Shown in pieces: positions 11,889-24,426 of a stretch of 64,000 nucleotides of DNA. The translations under genes were made by a program, and so were the position numbers. A model generated the notes under the pieces. The model was not told the DNA's origin, did not search any database, and saw only the letters and a program-made list of their open reading frames with translations. Source of the stretch: Geosiphon pyriformis uo1 (taxonomy: Eukaryota > Fungi > Glomeromycota); NCBI GenBank assembly GCA_016748015.1, contig JAAOMT010000503.1, positions 645,669 through 709,668 of the forward strand. Reading direction: 5' to 3'. How positions within the stretch are numbered: position 1 is the stretch's first letter; every line of letters begins with the position of its first letter.

Positions 11889-12848
11889 CTATTAATTAGC
11901 ATGAAATTACCCTTACAATTCCTATAATTCATTAGTATATTAATATTATTTCAAATTATCATTTATTATTTAATCAATTATCACATATCATGATTCAATT
12001 AAAATAATCTAATTAGTATAACAGAAAGTAGGATAATCAAATTACACAATACCCTGAACTTTGTAACATTCAAAAATTCACAGAAATTCGCCGAAATTTA
12101 CAGAAATTTGCCGAAATTATGAATAGTTCACCCAAATTAATCAATAGTTCAGCGAAATAACTTATAGTTCATCAAAATGTATCTTTAGTTCATCGAAATT
12201 TGAGCAAAGAGAAAAAGTGCAAGTTCATAGATTAGTACTACAACAAGTTGTATAAAAGAAGAGCTTTTTTCTTCTGGAAAATGTATCTTACTTTAGATTT
12301 ATCTCTTAAAACCATTCCTATACACACAAAAAAAAAAATATCAAATAATTTAAAAAACCAAATTCTTTAATTATTGTACTTGGAAAAACCCCCAAAAACC
12401 CAACTAACATTTCGAAATTGATTAGCTACCAATTTCAGTAAACTGTTAGTGACTCCAGGCCTGAATAAAAAACGTTTTTCTTGACAAAATTCTATTTCTT
12501 TTACATTTCTTTTATTTTTCTTTTATTTTCTTATTACAATCATTAGGGTAGCCTACAGACAAGATTCCTGTAGAAGAGTTGACTTTCACAGCAAAGTAAC
12601 TATACATTTTAGTGAGCTTTCAGACGAGCAATTCTTGGGAAAGAGTTGATGTTTATTACAACGTAACTACATAAAGTAACTGGCAAAGAATTGGCCATTC
12701 CACTTATAAGTCCAGCAGTTCAAATTATAGGAGATAATTTGAAGATAAATTCAGTTATTCGAGGTTCAACCACATCCAGAAAACGTGAATTCACAACAAA
12801 CAGGCATCAATAACATTTAAGAAAAGAGACCAAAAACCTCTGATAACA
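11869..12848 (+). repeat. 3' LTR of element B (980 bp)
   Basis: TGTTACCAG...CTGATAACA with short terminal inverted repeats; TATAAAA box near 12251. Confidence 0.95.
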
Positions 12849-15800
12849 CTGTCAATAAATTTTTTTTTGTTATTCTCAGTGGTGATTTTAATAAAGATGG
12901 CTCTCTTAAGTGTACAAGCTTCAAAAAATGCCTTGATTTAAGGCTAGTTAATTTTTTGGTTAGCAGTCTAATTGTAAAGAAGCCTACTTGGGCAAATTTT
13001 AGGGGCATTATTAAAACAATTAATTATGTGCTTATTTCTCTAAATTTGATTAATGCAATAGTGCCTTATAATGTTTTAGAAGTTAACAAGTATTTTAACA
13101 CAGATTACCAATTTGTTTCTGTGTCTGTAAGTTTGGGTAAACTTTTGGATATGCAGTTAAACTCTCTTTGCAAGCAAGCAAATAGGGATTAATAGAAGTT
13201 TGGGTTCAAGGGTGCCAATGAAACTAAATGGAACAATTTTAAGAGTGTCATGTTGGCCAATGCAGCAATGTTCTCAGATGAATTTGCTGTCTCTGCAAGA
13301 TTCTCAGATTTGGACATAATGTAAGATATTGTTTACAAGATAATAGTTATCTTAGCTAATAAGATGTTCAAGAAGAAATGGTTTAAGGATTTTGATAATG
13401 TCTTTACCAAGGAATCTTCAAAATTTTACAAATTAGAGCTTTTGGTTTCTAGAATTTTTAAGGCTTTACATGAGAAAAGTGGTATAAAGTTTAACTCTTT
13501 TATGAGATGCTAGATTTCTTTGGACAATGTTAAGGCTTTGGTCATTTAGAACATAGTAAACTCTAATGCTGGCTATGATTATATCCATTCTGCTTTCTTT
13601 AGTGCTAGAAGGTTTTATTATACTGCCAAACTTGCTAAATCTCTAAGGATTAAGAAGGTGAACATTAGGTCTGCTATTGATAAGAAAATAGAAAGCTTTG
13701 AGATGAATAAGGATCATATAATCAAGAGTGTGCAGGAGTGTTCTTTTCACAAAGTGGTACTTAATCATCTAGTGGTTGATAATAAGCTGATTCTAAAACC
13801 TGTTCTGGTTAAGTCTAAAATAGATGTGATCATAGAGGGGTGGACTAAAAAGCATAAAATAGCAGATGATATCTTTGGTAACTGGCATTACCAATATCAA
13901 TCTTTGGAGTATGTTTTTGATAAGACTTTTTTTGGTGTTATGTGTTCAATTGAATTTGATGAATTTTTTGAAGTGGTTTCTAATCTGCCTAATGACAAAG
14001 CTGCTGGTCTATCAGATATATTAAATGAGCTTTGGAAGCATTGTGATAAGGCAATATTGGATATGCTTTTGGCGCTTTTGAATTCTTGTTTGTCTAGTAA
14101 ATCAGTGCCTGGCTTTTGGAGAGAGGCTTGGATCTCAATAATTTCCAAACCATATGAATGGGAGGGTGTCTTAATGAATACCTGTTCTATTGCTTTAATT
14201 AAAACAGTTTGTAAGATTTTTTCTAAGATTCTCTCTAACAGAATTTCTTTGGCATACAGCACTTTCAATATTTTTTGTGGGGACAATTTTTTGGTTTTAA
14301 AAGATATAATGACTCAGTTTCCTATTTTTGCAAGACATGGAGAAAACATACAATTCAGTTGGCTAAAAACATCTTGAGAAGAGTTTGGTTAGGATCAAAA
14401 TGTGCAGCAAATTTATTCGATTTTTTGGTAGTATTTATAAGAATCACACCAACTGAATTATGACAGATTTTGGTTTGACAGATAATTATTGTATGCACAA
14501 TGATTTGGACCAAGAAAAAATATTCTTTCTCTTCCTGTGGTGCATATTTTATGATCCTCTATTGTGTGAAGTCAAGCATCAGAAAAGTGTGTGTGAGTAC
14601 AGATTGAATTCTTATTTTATTTCCAGAAGTGGTCGCACTGAATCTCAGACTGGACTTTTTTCTTTTTTTACTATTGGCACTTTTGTTGATAATACAATTT
14701 GGGTTGGTAGTAGTCAAAGTGCTACTCAACATATTCTCAATGTTGCTGGTGAATTTTTTCAAATCAATAACATTTTAATCAATAATGACAAAATGGTAGC
14801 CATTCCCATCAATAGCAGAGTTAACAATTCTTCTCTTTTTATTAGTGGTTCACCAATTTCCATTGCCAAAAAGGGTGAATCTCATCAGTATCTGGGTATT
14901 TATCTTTCAACTAAAGACCTTTTGAAGCCTAGTTTGGCTAAGACACATTCAGATGTTTGTTTTTTTACCAATCTAGTCTTGAGAAAAACTGTCTCAGATA
15001 AACAGTTCTTGTATTTGGTTTTAGTAGTTTTTTATCCTATAGTCAGCTATAGGATGCAGTTCAGCTTTGTTTCTGTTGGTATGTATAACAAGTGGAATGC
15101 TCTGATTCATAAGAGCTTGAAGCTTAAATCCAGTCTACTATTTGATTTCTCTGGTGATACAATTCACCACTCTTCTTTTTATGATTTGAAATCTTTTTTA
15201 CAAGTTCAATCTAAAAGTAAGATTGCTTTTCTTGTTAGTTTTATGAACTTTAGTGGAATTATGGGTCACTTGTTTTCTTACAGATTTCATAACTTGTAAG
15301 TTCTATGTTGGCACCCTGTTTATTCATTAAGTTCTTTTGTACACATTTGTGTTAGTGCTTCTAATAATTTTCTGACAGACATAGTTCATATTCTTCTTAA
15401 TTGCAATTTGTTCCTGAGTGGCTTTTTGGCCAGTTTCTTTTGGTTTCATGGTGGAATTCTCATGTTTGCTGTTCTGAATAAGTCAAGTTTTCTTAAGTTT
15501 CTCTTTTTTCTCCATTGGTATGACATAGTTTTTGTGAATCAACTTTGTAATAATCATGATGCTGTCTTTGATTGATGTACTTTTAGGTAATAGAAGAAAC
15601 TGGACTCCTGTGGCCCTTTTCTTAAGTGGTTCAAAATTTTTACAACATTTTTCAATAGTGTAACTTCTTTTTTTGCTCATCTTTTGGCTTTGAGTGGAGT
15701 TGGTTCTTTGAACATTCTTAACTTTGGTGATTTTGTGTCTGTTTGTGACAATTTCTTTTGGGTTGGTTCTGGTAGTTTATCTGTATATACAAATGGGTTT

Positions 15801-17200
15801 TTGAAAGATTTGGGTACAGTCAACTGTAAGGCTGGCACTGCCACTTTTTTCAAGGACATTAATTTGGTTTGAGTGTTGGTATATCAGGTTTGATGTCTTC
15901 TACTATGGCAGAATTGCAGACTATTGCATTGGCTCTAGAGTGTGTTCTCTTGTCTAGTTTTGTTCACTTGTTTTTGAATAGTCAATCTGCTTTGGATGCT
16001 TGTAAGTTGGAATTGGGCCTGGTATATTTTGACTTTCACAATCAGTATTGGATTGAATGTTAACATATAGTTAATGTTATTTATAGTAAGAATTTGAGAG
16101 TTAGTTGGCACAAGGTAAAGAGTCACTCAGACATTATTGAGAATAAGCTTGCCAACGTAATTGCTGGTACCACTTTTTTCTCTGGTTGGTGTTTTTTTCC
16201 TTGCTTGGATGAATGCTTTATAGTGGCTGATAGTAATGTTGTTTCTGGCAATTTTAGACATTTTGTATGTGATGTTTATCATTCTATTTGTCATGTATAC
16301 TGAGAGATTGGCTCTTGTTCCAAGTTTTTAATGGGCAGTCTACTTTCTGAAATTGATTGGCTCTACTTGTCACTGGTGTGGGATCCTGATTTACACATGG
16401 CTATTGGTTTTACTGGTAGGCTCTTGGCTAGTGTATGTACTTATTTTATAAAAGCCTTGTATTATCGACTGCCTGTTGTCGTTCAGAAACATCTTTATAA
16501 CAAATATTATCCTAGTGTGTTGTGTTTGTATTGTGGTAATGTAGAGGTGTTAGATCATGTGTTTTTTTGTAAGGTCAACAATTCTGTTAGACATCAAATA
16601 TTAGACTCCCACGTGGCTTCTTGGAAGACTTTTTCTGGTTTCTTTCACTTCTCTTTAAGTGTGCTATAGCTGTTGTTATTTTGTGTTTCTGATTCCTCTG
16701 TATCCATGGCTCTTCATAAGGGTTTTGTTTTTAATAGTTGGTTTTGTAAAGCTGTTTTCATTTTCTATAATCCCAAGATTGCTGGTTTGGAGGTTGTCAA
16801 ATTTGCGTGCTTTTCTGGTCTCACTTTTTGGGATAAAGTCTGGATGGTTTGTGTTAAACATTGTGCCTATATAGAAAAAGCCAAATTGATTCCATTGAAT
16901 GGTTCAGTTCTTGTGTTAATTTCTGGTCTAGTATTAGAATTTTCTGTTGGTGTGGTTAAATTGCTTGGCATCACCAAAGCTTTTGGTATTCATTTTGAGT
17001 TCCACAAATTTTGTTTATTTTTTTCAGATATAAGTGACTCAGTCTTAGTTCATATAATTGCATAGTATTGTTTTGGTCAGCCCAAATGACTGATTATATG
17101 TAAAAAGTACATAATTTATGCCTAATTTAAATTATTTCCTTAATGTATAACACTAGGTAATATTTGGATTTCATTCATTAAATAATAATAATAATAATAA
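12849..17200 (+). mobile_element. LINE 1 remainder: degenerate ORF2 (EN C-terminus, RT, RNase H, CCHC finger), 3' UTR and (TAA)n tail
   Basis: GDFN; KAAG; RT FVD(N); YLGI; RNaseH VYT(N)G..AELQ..(D)SQ..WHKVKSH; CLYCGNVEVLDHVFFC; (AAT)n at ~17181-17200. Confidence 0.93.
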
Positions 17201-18700
17201 AATAATTTCTATAATACTTGGTATTTTTAAAATTAAAATTTAATTTAACTTATATTAATAAATAATAATTAATTACAAAAAACATTAATTAAAATAATAA
17301 AACAAAAATTATCAATATTTAATATTAATTTATTTAATAAAATTTTATATTAAAGCTATTAAAAAAATTTTAAATTATCTAAAAATTATTTATTTGTTAA
17401 ATTTATATTTGTATATTTTTACCAAAAAATTTTTACAATATATTTAACTTATAAATATTAATTTTTTTGTTTTATAATTGTTTTAATTTGTTAACAAATT
17501 AAGAAATATAATTAATATAAATATTTATTAATTATTAATAATTTCAAAAATAAAACAAATTAGAATAAATTTAAATTAATGTTTAAAACAAAAATAAATT
17601 AACAAAAATTTAAAAAAACAATATTTGTTTTATTATTAAACAAATTATATTATATTTTTCTTAAAAATAAGATTTAAATCCATTAAGAACTGTTTTTTTA
17701 TTAATAATTAAAATTATTTTTAACATATTTAATTATATTAATATTTAATAATAATACAACTAAATTAATTTATTTATTATTAAAATTTATTACTATTTTT
17801 TAATTTTTAAGTTGTTTTTAAAAAAAAAACTTATTAAAAAATTACTTATAAAAAAGTTTTTTCATTTATAAATTTACTAATTGTATTTTTAATATATTTA
17901 ATTAATTTAAAATAGTATTATTATATATTATAAAACTTACTAATTTTATGAAAAAAAATAGTTATACTTAAATTAAAGATACATAAAAAGTTATTTTAAT
18001 TAACAATTAAATTAAAACTTAAAATATTTAAACATTATTTTTTTTTAAAAGATATTGTCAAATTTTAATATTAAAACTTAAAGCCAAAACTAAAGTTTTT
18101 GTTTATTTTTAAACTGTTTTTTTAAGTATTTTTACAATATTAACATTATTATTAAACTTCAAAATAAATTCAATATTATAAAACAATAACTTAATAAAAT
18201 AATAACTAAATACTTAAGACAATTTAATTAAATACTTTATTAAATTAAAGCTATTAAAAATAATTATTATAATAAATTTCAAATTCTTAATCAATTTATT
18301 AAAAAAATAAAAAGTAATATTTTTAAATAAATTAGGTTTTATTATTTTAATACTCTTTAAACAGTTGTTATTTTAGCTTATAATTTTGAATTTATTGAAA
18401 AAAAACTGATTACAACAAAATAATTAATACAAAAATCTTAAAAAAAATCATCTCAAAAAATAGAAAATTATCTTGTTAATACAAAACTTTAATCATTAAA
18501 TTATTATTAATTATTTTATTAATAAAATTAATATTTTAGCAATCATTTTACTTAACAACAACAAATTCAACAAAATTTGCTAATCTGCTATTATTGTTAA
18601 AAGTAAAAATATATCAAGACAAAATGTTTTTTACTTATGGCTTACCAAAAATCAAGTTTACATTAATTCATAAAATTTACTCAATTATAATTATATTATT
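17201..18700. other. Extremely AT-rich relic DNA (probable hypermutated repeat)
   Basis: Very few C/G, essentially no CpG; GC content rises gradually toward the gene at 18.86 kb. Confidence 0.7.
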
Positions 18701-18861
18701 ACATTTCAAAATCAATATTTAAATATTCATACAAAATTACTCTCAACAGTAACCACCACACCAATAATATTCACATTAGTATTACCAACAAAATTATTCA
18801 GCATAACCACAAAAATTTTATATTCAAAACCCAAATAGGAGACCAAATTCAAAACCTCAAA

Positions 18862-19806
18862 ATGCTAGGTGAAGCTTCCTCCAGCAAATCTTCCGCAAAA
18901 TTGCCACAGGTATCTCCAAGAAAAGTCATCCCCCAAACACATTTTAAGGTTGAACAAAGTATGTTATTCACACATTCCTCAATTATTCAAATCAAAAGTA
19001 GCATGCGCTTATTCCAAAACCTTTTACAGGTTCTTTAAGAAAAGTGGTGGATTTTATGAAACAATACCAAAATCAAATTAACGCGCAACATGATTTTGAA
19101 CCAGGGGATTCCCAAGATCAGAACGCCTTTGATATGACAACTGTAAAATATCATTTTAATTATTCTTCATTTGCTATTTATAACTCGCAAACATATTCTA
19201 ATGTTTTGAACTAGGCATTCGATCTAACAGAACGTAAGCAATATAATTAAATCTTGACAAATTCAAGCAAGTTTTCAAATTTATATATGCTTCATTTTAG
19301 ATGATTACAACTCTCTGGATCAAGATTATCAATGTGCTCACGATTATTTGGCATATGTGGTTAAATCAGTTAACCCGAATCATGATGGCGAGGCTCCCTC
19401 TCTCACGACCCGAGGTATATCATTATTTATAAAGTGTATTACCTTGTTTTAACATTACATTTTTCTCCTTTTTCAAACATTAATAGCTTCTGGAATCCTA
19501 GCCACCTTGGTCGAGAATCTTGTGACCACACTTCCGGCTAGAGCAACTTATGTCCAATTCTTGGCCTTGAGAACCGGTCTCTCTGAGGCCAAGAAAGCTC
19601 AAAGCTCTGGCGGTCCCTTTCAGGTTAGGGCCCCGAAAACCAATCTGCTCTCAATACCCGAAAAATCTTGGGGTTTTGATTGGACTTCTCCCGCTGAATC
19701 TGCTCGTCGTCGGGGTCGTCCTCGTCGCCAAGATGTGAACGAGGGACCCGGACCTCGAACGGGCACTCTTAAGAGGCGTCGGGGAGAGGGATCCAGGAAA
19801 AAGTGA
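18862..19806 (+). CDS. Predicted 5-exon orphan gene (~220 aa) with C-terminal AT-hook/NLS-like basic tail
   Basis: Exons 18862-18958, 19030-19142, 19215-19233, 19301-19414 and 19487-19806 join through four 67-72 nt GT-AG introns into one 663-nt open frame; RRRGRPRR and KRRR near the C-terminus. Confidence 0.7.
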
Positions 19807-21285
19807 GACAAAAAAGAGTAGCGAGTTTGTAAAACGGGTAAATATGTTGCTGAATAAAGTTAAGATGTTTCAATAAATAGAGTCTTAGCAACATTTCCAA
19901 ATGATATGAATTTGCAATTAATTTTTACTCCCCCCTTGAATAATCATATTAAATTGGAAAAAATTGTTGATGGCAACATTTTGCGATAAGTACCAAAATT
20001 TTTGAATCAAATAAAAATATAATATCCGGGCAACGCTCCGGATTAATTCTTTCGATGAGAGTATCACTTTGAGAAAAATTCGGAAGCTTTCAAAGATTGA
20101 ACTGACTTTTTTCCAACCAATTAATGATTTTGAATTCCCACCGTTTGATTTAGACACCGATCTTTATGTATGGATTGTAATACACCAATAGTACCAGGCA
20201 TTGCTAAGTAACATTACTATTTCTTCCATTGCCCTCAGAAAGATCAAGACTCCATCAAGTATTGCCCAGAGGAGGATCCCCGAGCGCTATTTTCATCTCT
20301 GTTCATTACAGCCCCAGGTTAGGGGTTGTACACTTCGGGCTCTCCGATGCTTTTTATGTTATCACACTAGCTACAACACGGGCTTCTAACTCCTCGGCGA
20401 TCAGACATTGACAGAAACGAGAATGTGCCCAACAGAGGATTTTCTGGACCTTTTACCCAACTTTTCTCAAACCGCGGAATGAAGATTGTCAAACTCGCGA
20501 ATGAGCACAATCGCCTTTCTGTGGATTTCACTCTGCAGACGCAGTCCTTCGTCGGGAAAGAGTTTACGAAGGCCAGGATCAATAGACTGCATGAACGTGG
20601 GTTTCGTAGACTTGTTTTTGGGTCTCATCGACACCGGAAAACCTCCATTATTTGGTTTATCGAGAAGGAAAATCTTCTTCATTATGCGAAATATATTTTA
20701 TTGGATGAGAGAAAAAGAATGGGAGTATAATCAAAAAAATAAAAAGTTTGATAAAACAATGTTTTATATAATATTACGTAAACAAATTAAAACAATTTTT
20801 AAATACAGTTATCATGTAAAAAATCAATTTCTAAAAATCAATTAATTGAATTTTGAAATAAATTTATTTAAAATAAAAATCAATAATTTCAATTTAAAAT
20901 TAAAATTTCCATATTTATAAATTATTAATTTTAAAAAAATTATTTTCTATAGTTAATCACAATATAAATATTTGTTGATTATTTTTTCAAAACCCTCACT
21001 TATTTTTTTCCTGGAATTGAGATTATTACTCATTGCCAATACGATTGACAGGTATGGTTAGTCCCAAACGGCTAGTCTTGCAGATTGATTGTCTCAAAAG
21101 CACCAAACTTCAAACAAAAAGTTTCGTCTCGAACAGAAAACCTCATTATAAAAGTTTATTTCAAAGGCAAATACATCTAATAACTTTCTTTTCATATCAC
21201 CCTTTGTTTGAATAGCCTTATTGGCTATTGACTCTTAAGAAAAGATCCTAGCTATATCATCTTTCGAAACATCTTCGATAGCCTA

Positions 21286-23769
21286 ATGACTTCAAACGGG
21301 GACACTTGTCCGTTTTGTTCAGAAAGCAACGTTGCTTGGTATATAAGAGATCCTTTAGGAACTTGGATTGAATGCGATATTTGTAAAACATGGTATCATG
21401 CTGTTTGCCTTAAATTATCTGCCGAGAAATGTGAAAAAATCGAACGTTATCATTGCCCCGATTGCATTATCTCACACGGGCCTAGTATACGTAAGTAGCA
21501 AGTTAACTGCTTCACCAGTCAGTTCAGGAAGCTCTTTGGTTATGAATTTTGTAATTATATGCATTAATTATTCAATTAACAAAGTTAAAAGAGATGTACG
21601 GAAATCAAAGCGCCAACTTCCAAAGGTGAACTATGCTGATTTAGACAATGGGTTCACAGTTCACCAATTCAAATGGAAAAGGATCCTTGAATCCAAGAAA
21701 TTTTCCACGGCAAATTTTCAGCGACTACGTGGGGACTTATTAACTGTTGATTGGCTTAAACGTAATGGGCTTTCACAACCAATTATTATTGAGAAACCTG
21801 ATGGGCTGGGTATGAAAATGCTCCCTTCATCAATAACTATAAGGGATATTGGTACAGCTGTTGGTAATTATCATGGAGTTTGATTGATTTTTTCTGCCAA
21901 GAGGTGGTTATCAAATTTAATTCGGAATCAACTTTCTAAACATCTCACTTCAACTACCTTGAATTCTATTGAAGGATTCAACCATCCAATCGAAGTAATT
22001 GGTAAGATTTTAAAATTTTATATCAATTTGCTATTGAAAAGAAACATATTTCTCAAAGGGATACTCTTCTCTTTTGACACCTCAGACGTAGCGACTCAAC
22101 AAGAATTGCCAGGATGGAATATGCTGCAATGGTCAACATATTTTCAAAAAAAGAAAAAGGATCAAGTCTTAAATGTTATAAGTCTGGAGATTAGCGGGAC
22201 TCCGTTGGCAGATCAAATAGTTCGTCCAAAAGTCGTAAGGCATGTTATCTCATCTTTAATTTCACATTCCCACTTGATTGAATTCAAAGTTTTTATTCTT
22301 GAGATATCACGTTTCTTATTTGGAAGTTATTTTAAAAATAGAGAACTTGATTGGATAGATCAGATTTGGCCAGTTGAATTGGAAATCTACGATTTTCCTA
22401 AAACACAACTCTATTGTCTAATGAGTGTCAAGGAGAGCTACACAGATTTTCATATTGACTTTGGCGGCACATCTGTATTCTACCACATTATTAAGGGATC
22501 GAAACATTTCTACTTTATTCCGCCATCTCAACTAAATTTGAAAAAATATGAAAAGTGGATAACATCTCCCGAACAATCGACCACTTTTTTGGGCGATTTA
22601 GTAAAAGATTGTTATGAGGTTCACTTAAAAGCGGGCAATACAATGTAAGTGAATCTTTTTCATAATTTCTTTTTTTACAAATTCACTTTGTAAAAAGAAG
22701 AACATTGTATAATTATGTATATCAGGATAATACCCACTGGATGGATTCATGCTGTTTACACCCCAGAAGATTCGATTGTAATTGGTGGTAACTTTTTACA
22801 TAGTCTCAATATCCCCGGACAGCTGCAAATATATGACATGGAAAAACGCACCAACGTCCCTATCAAGTACAGATTTCCACATTTCGAGAAGATGTGTTGG
22901 TATGCTGCAAAGAAATATAATACAATTCTCAAAGGTATAGTTTGAAAGCAAATTAAATTTATGTTATTTGGCAATGTAAAATGATTCAAATATCTTTATT
23001 AAAAAGTATTTTTATATATATAGATAACCCTGAAATTTTGTGTAAAAGCGAGAAGGATGGGCTAAATGAATTATCAAAGTTTCTCACTTCTCTAACTGAA
23101 AACCTTGATAGTGATAGTGAAACTACGACGGGAGGAAAAAACTCGGTGAAGAAAAATATTCCAGAGACTATAACAGATCCCAAAAAATTGGCGAAACGAC
23201 TAGGTCGTCGAACAAGTAAAACTGTTGTTGTCGTTGAAAATCAACCTACAAGTGCCCGAGAGGAATTTCAGATGAAGCTAGCTATGAATAGGAAGTTACA
23301 AGAGGAAATAAAAAGAGGCAGGGCTAACGATTTTATCGAGTCAACACCACTGGCTAAAGCGGGTGTATATAAAACAACCGAACTTTCTGATAAAATTCTC
23401 AATATTTCGAATAAATCTATTTTGGAAATGGCGGAGCCAATTTTTTCACTTAATCCAAAAATCGATTCCACCGTATCAACTCCTTCCCCATCGAGTCCCC
23501 CAAAGATCAACAGAATTGTAATAAAACTTAAAGGTAAAGATGAAAAGTCGAAAATTGGTGAATCCTGTTCAACGCAGAAGAATTCCAAAAGAAAGCTGGA
23601 TGATGAGAGTATTAAAACGGTTAATGAAGATGATGAAATCGTCAGCATAATCGAAGATACTTTTGAACCTAAATCTTTACTTACACCACCTTCTTTCAAC
23701 GAACCGAAAGTTATTAATTTGGAGCCATCAACGAAGAAGCGAAGGGTAGACGATGAGGATGAGAAATAA
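21286..23769 (+). CDS. JHD1: PHD-finger + JmjC histone demethylase (Jhd1/KDM2/PHF8-like), 7 exons
   Basis: PHD CPFC..WIECDICKTWYHAVC..YHCPDC; JmjC YTDFHIDFGGTSVFYH..GWIHAV; exons 21286-21490, 21585-21863, 21975-22001, 22086-22239, 22342-22644, 22726-22934, 23024-23769. Confidence 0.9.
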
Positions 23770-24426
23770 GTATCTAGTTTGATTAGGTTTATTCATCTGT
23801 ACATTATTGATTCCTGGTATCCAAGAATTGGGATTATATATTCTTTTCAAAGATCGAATTCCTCGAATGGCTGGCGATATTAATATAATTCAAGGTATCT
23901 GTTAGTACCTCTCTTTTTCTTATTTCTTTATGTGGGGTCACTGAATTTCTTCATGAGCATCAGATCCTCAATTTTCCATCCAGTTTTTGTTCAAATACTA
24001 ATCAGGAAAAGAGGCTATGGAAAATCGAGCATTGCGGGAAGGTTTCATATTTGAGTAACATCCTGATTAGATCTAGTAAATGTGCGTTTCACCAAAAGAG
24101 AGGGGTCACCTCCCAGTGATCTTGTAAAACTTTGATGCCTGTTTCGGGTATGAGTACATGTTTATCATAATAGTAGTTTTAATATCGAGTGATTTTTTTA
24201 TTCACAATTTCGGTTGAGCAAGAGAAAAAGTGTGACCATCTAACAAATGACCTAATTGCTTAATGCTAAAAAGTTGCCCTTTTTACCCGCAAGCGAAGCG
24301 TGCATTTTCCCTTTTACTGCTTTTGCCTAAAAGAACTGGTGCTAAAAGATGCTAGTCAAAATTTACTCTTGCATAGACAAGCCTGTTGATTAAAAGCGAC
24401 TAACCTATTTTTGATTCGATTCCTCG

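Larger units (their letters stand above)
4382..12848 (+). mobile_element. Ty3/Gypsy LTR retrotransposon B (family 1), both ends present, two assembly gaps, 4-bp TSD CTGT
   Basis: TG..CA termini; paired LTRs; CTGT at 4378-4381 and 12849-12852; order gag-PR-dUTPase-RT-RH-IN; PPT. Confidence 0.96.

Noticed and set aside
20316-20329. GGTTAGGGGTT as a telomerase template or telomeric seed
   Set aside because: Single occurrence that forms one arm and the loop of a hairpin; no supporting pseudoknot or CR4/5 identified.
20395-20640. U3 snoRNA on the minus strand (GATGA...AGAGTGA...GTCTGA) or SRP RNA (GGGCTGTAATG)
   Set aside because: No box A/A' for U3 and no SRP54-binding helix for SRP; G-U pairing favours the opposite strand.
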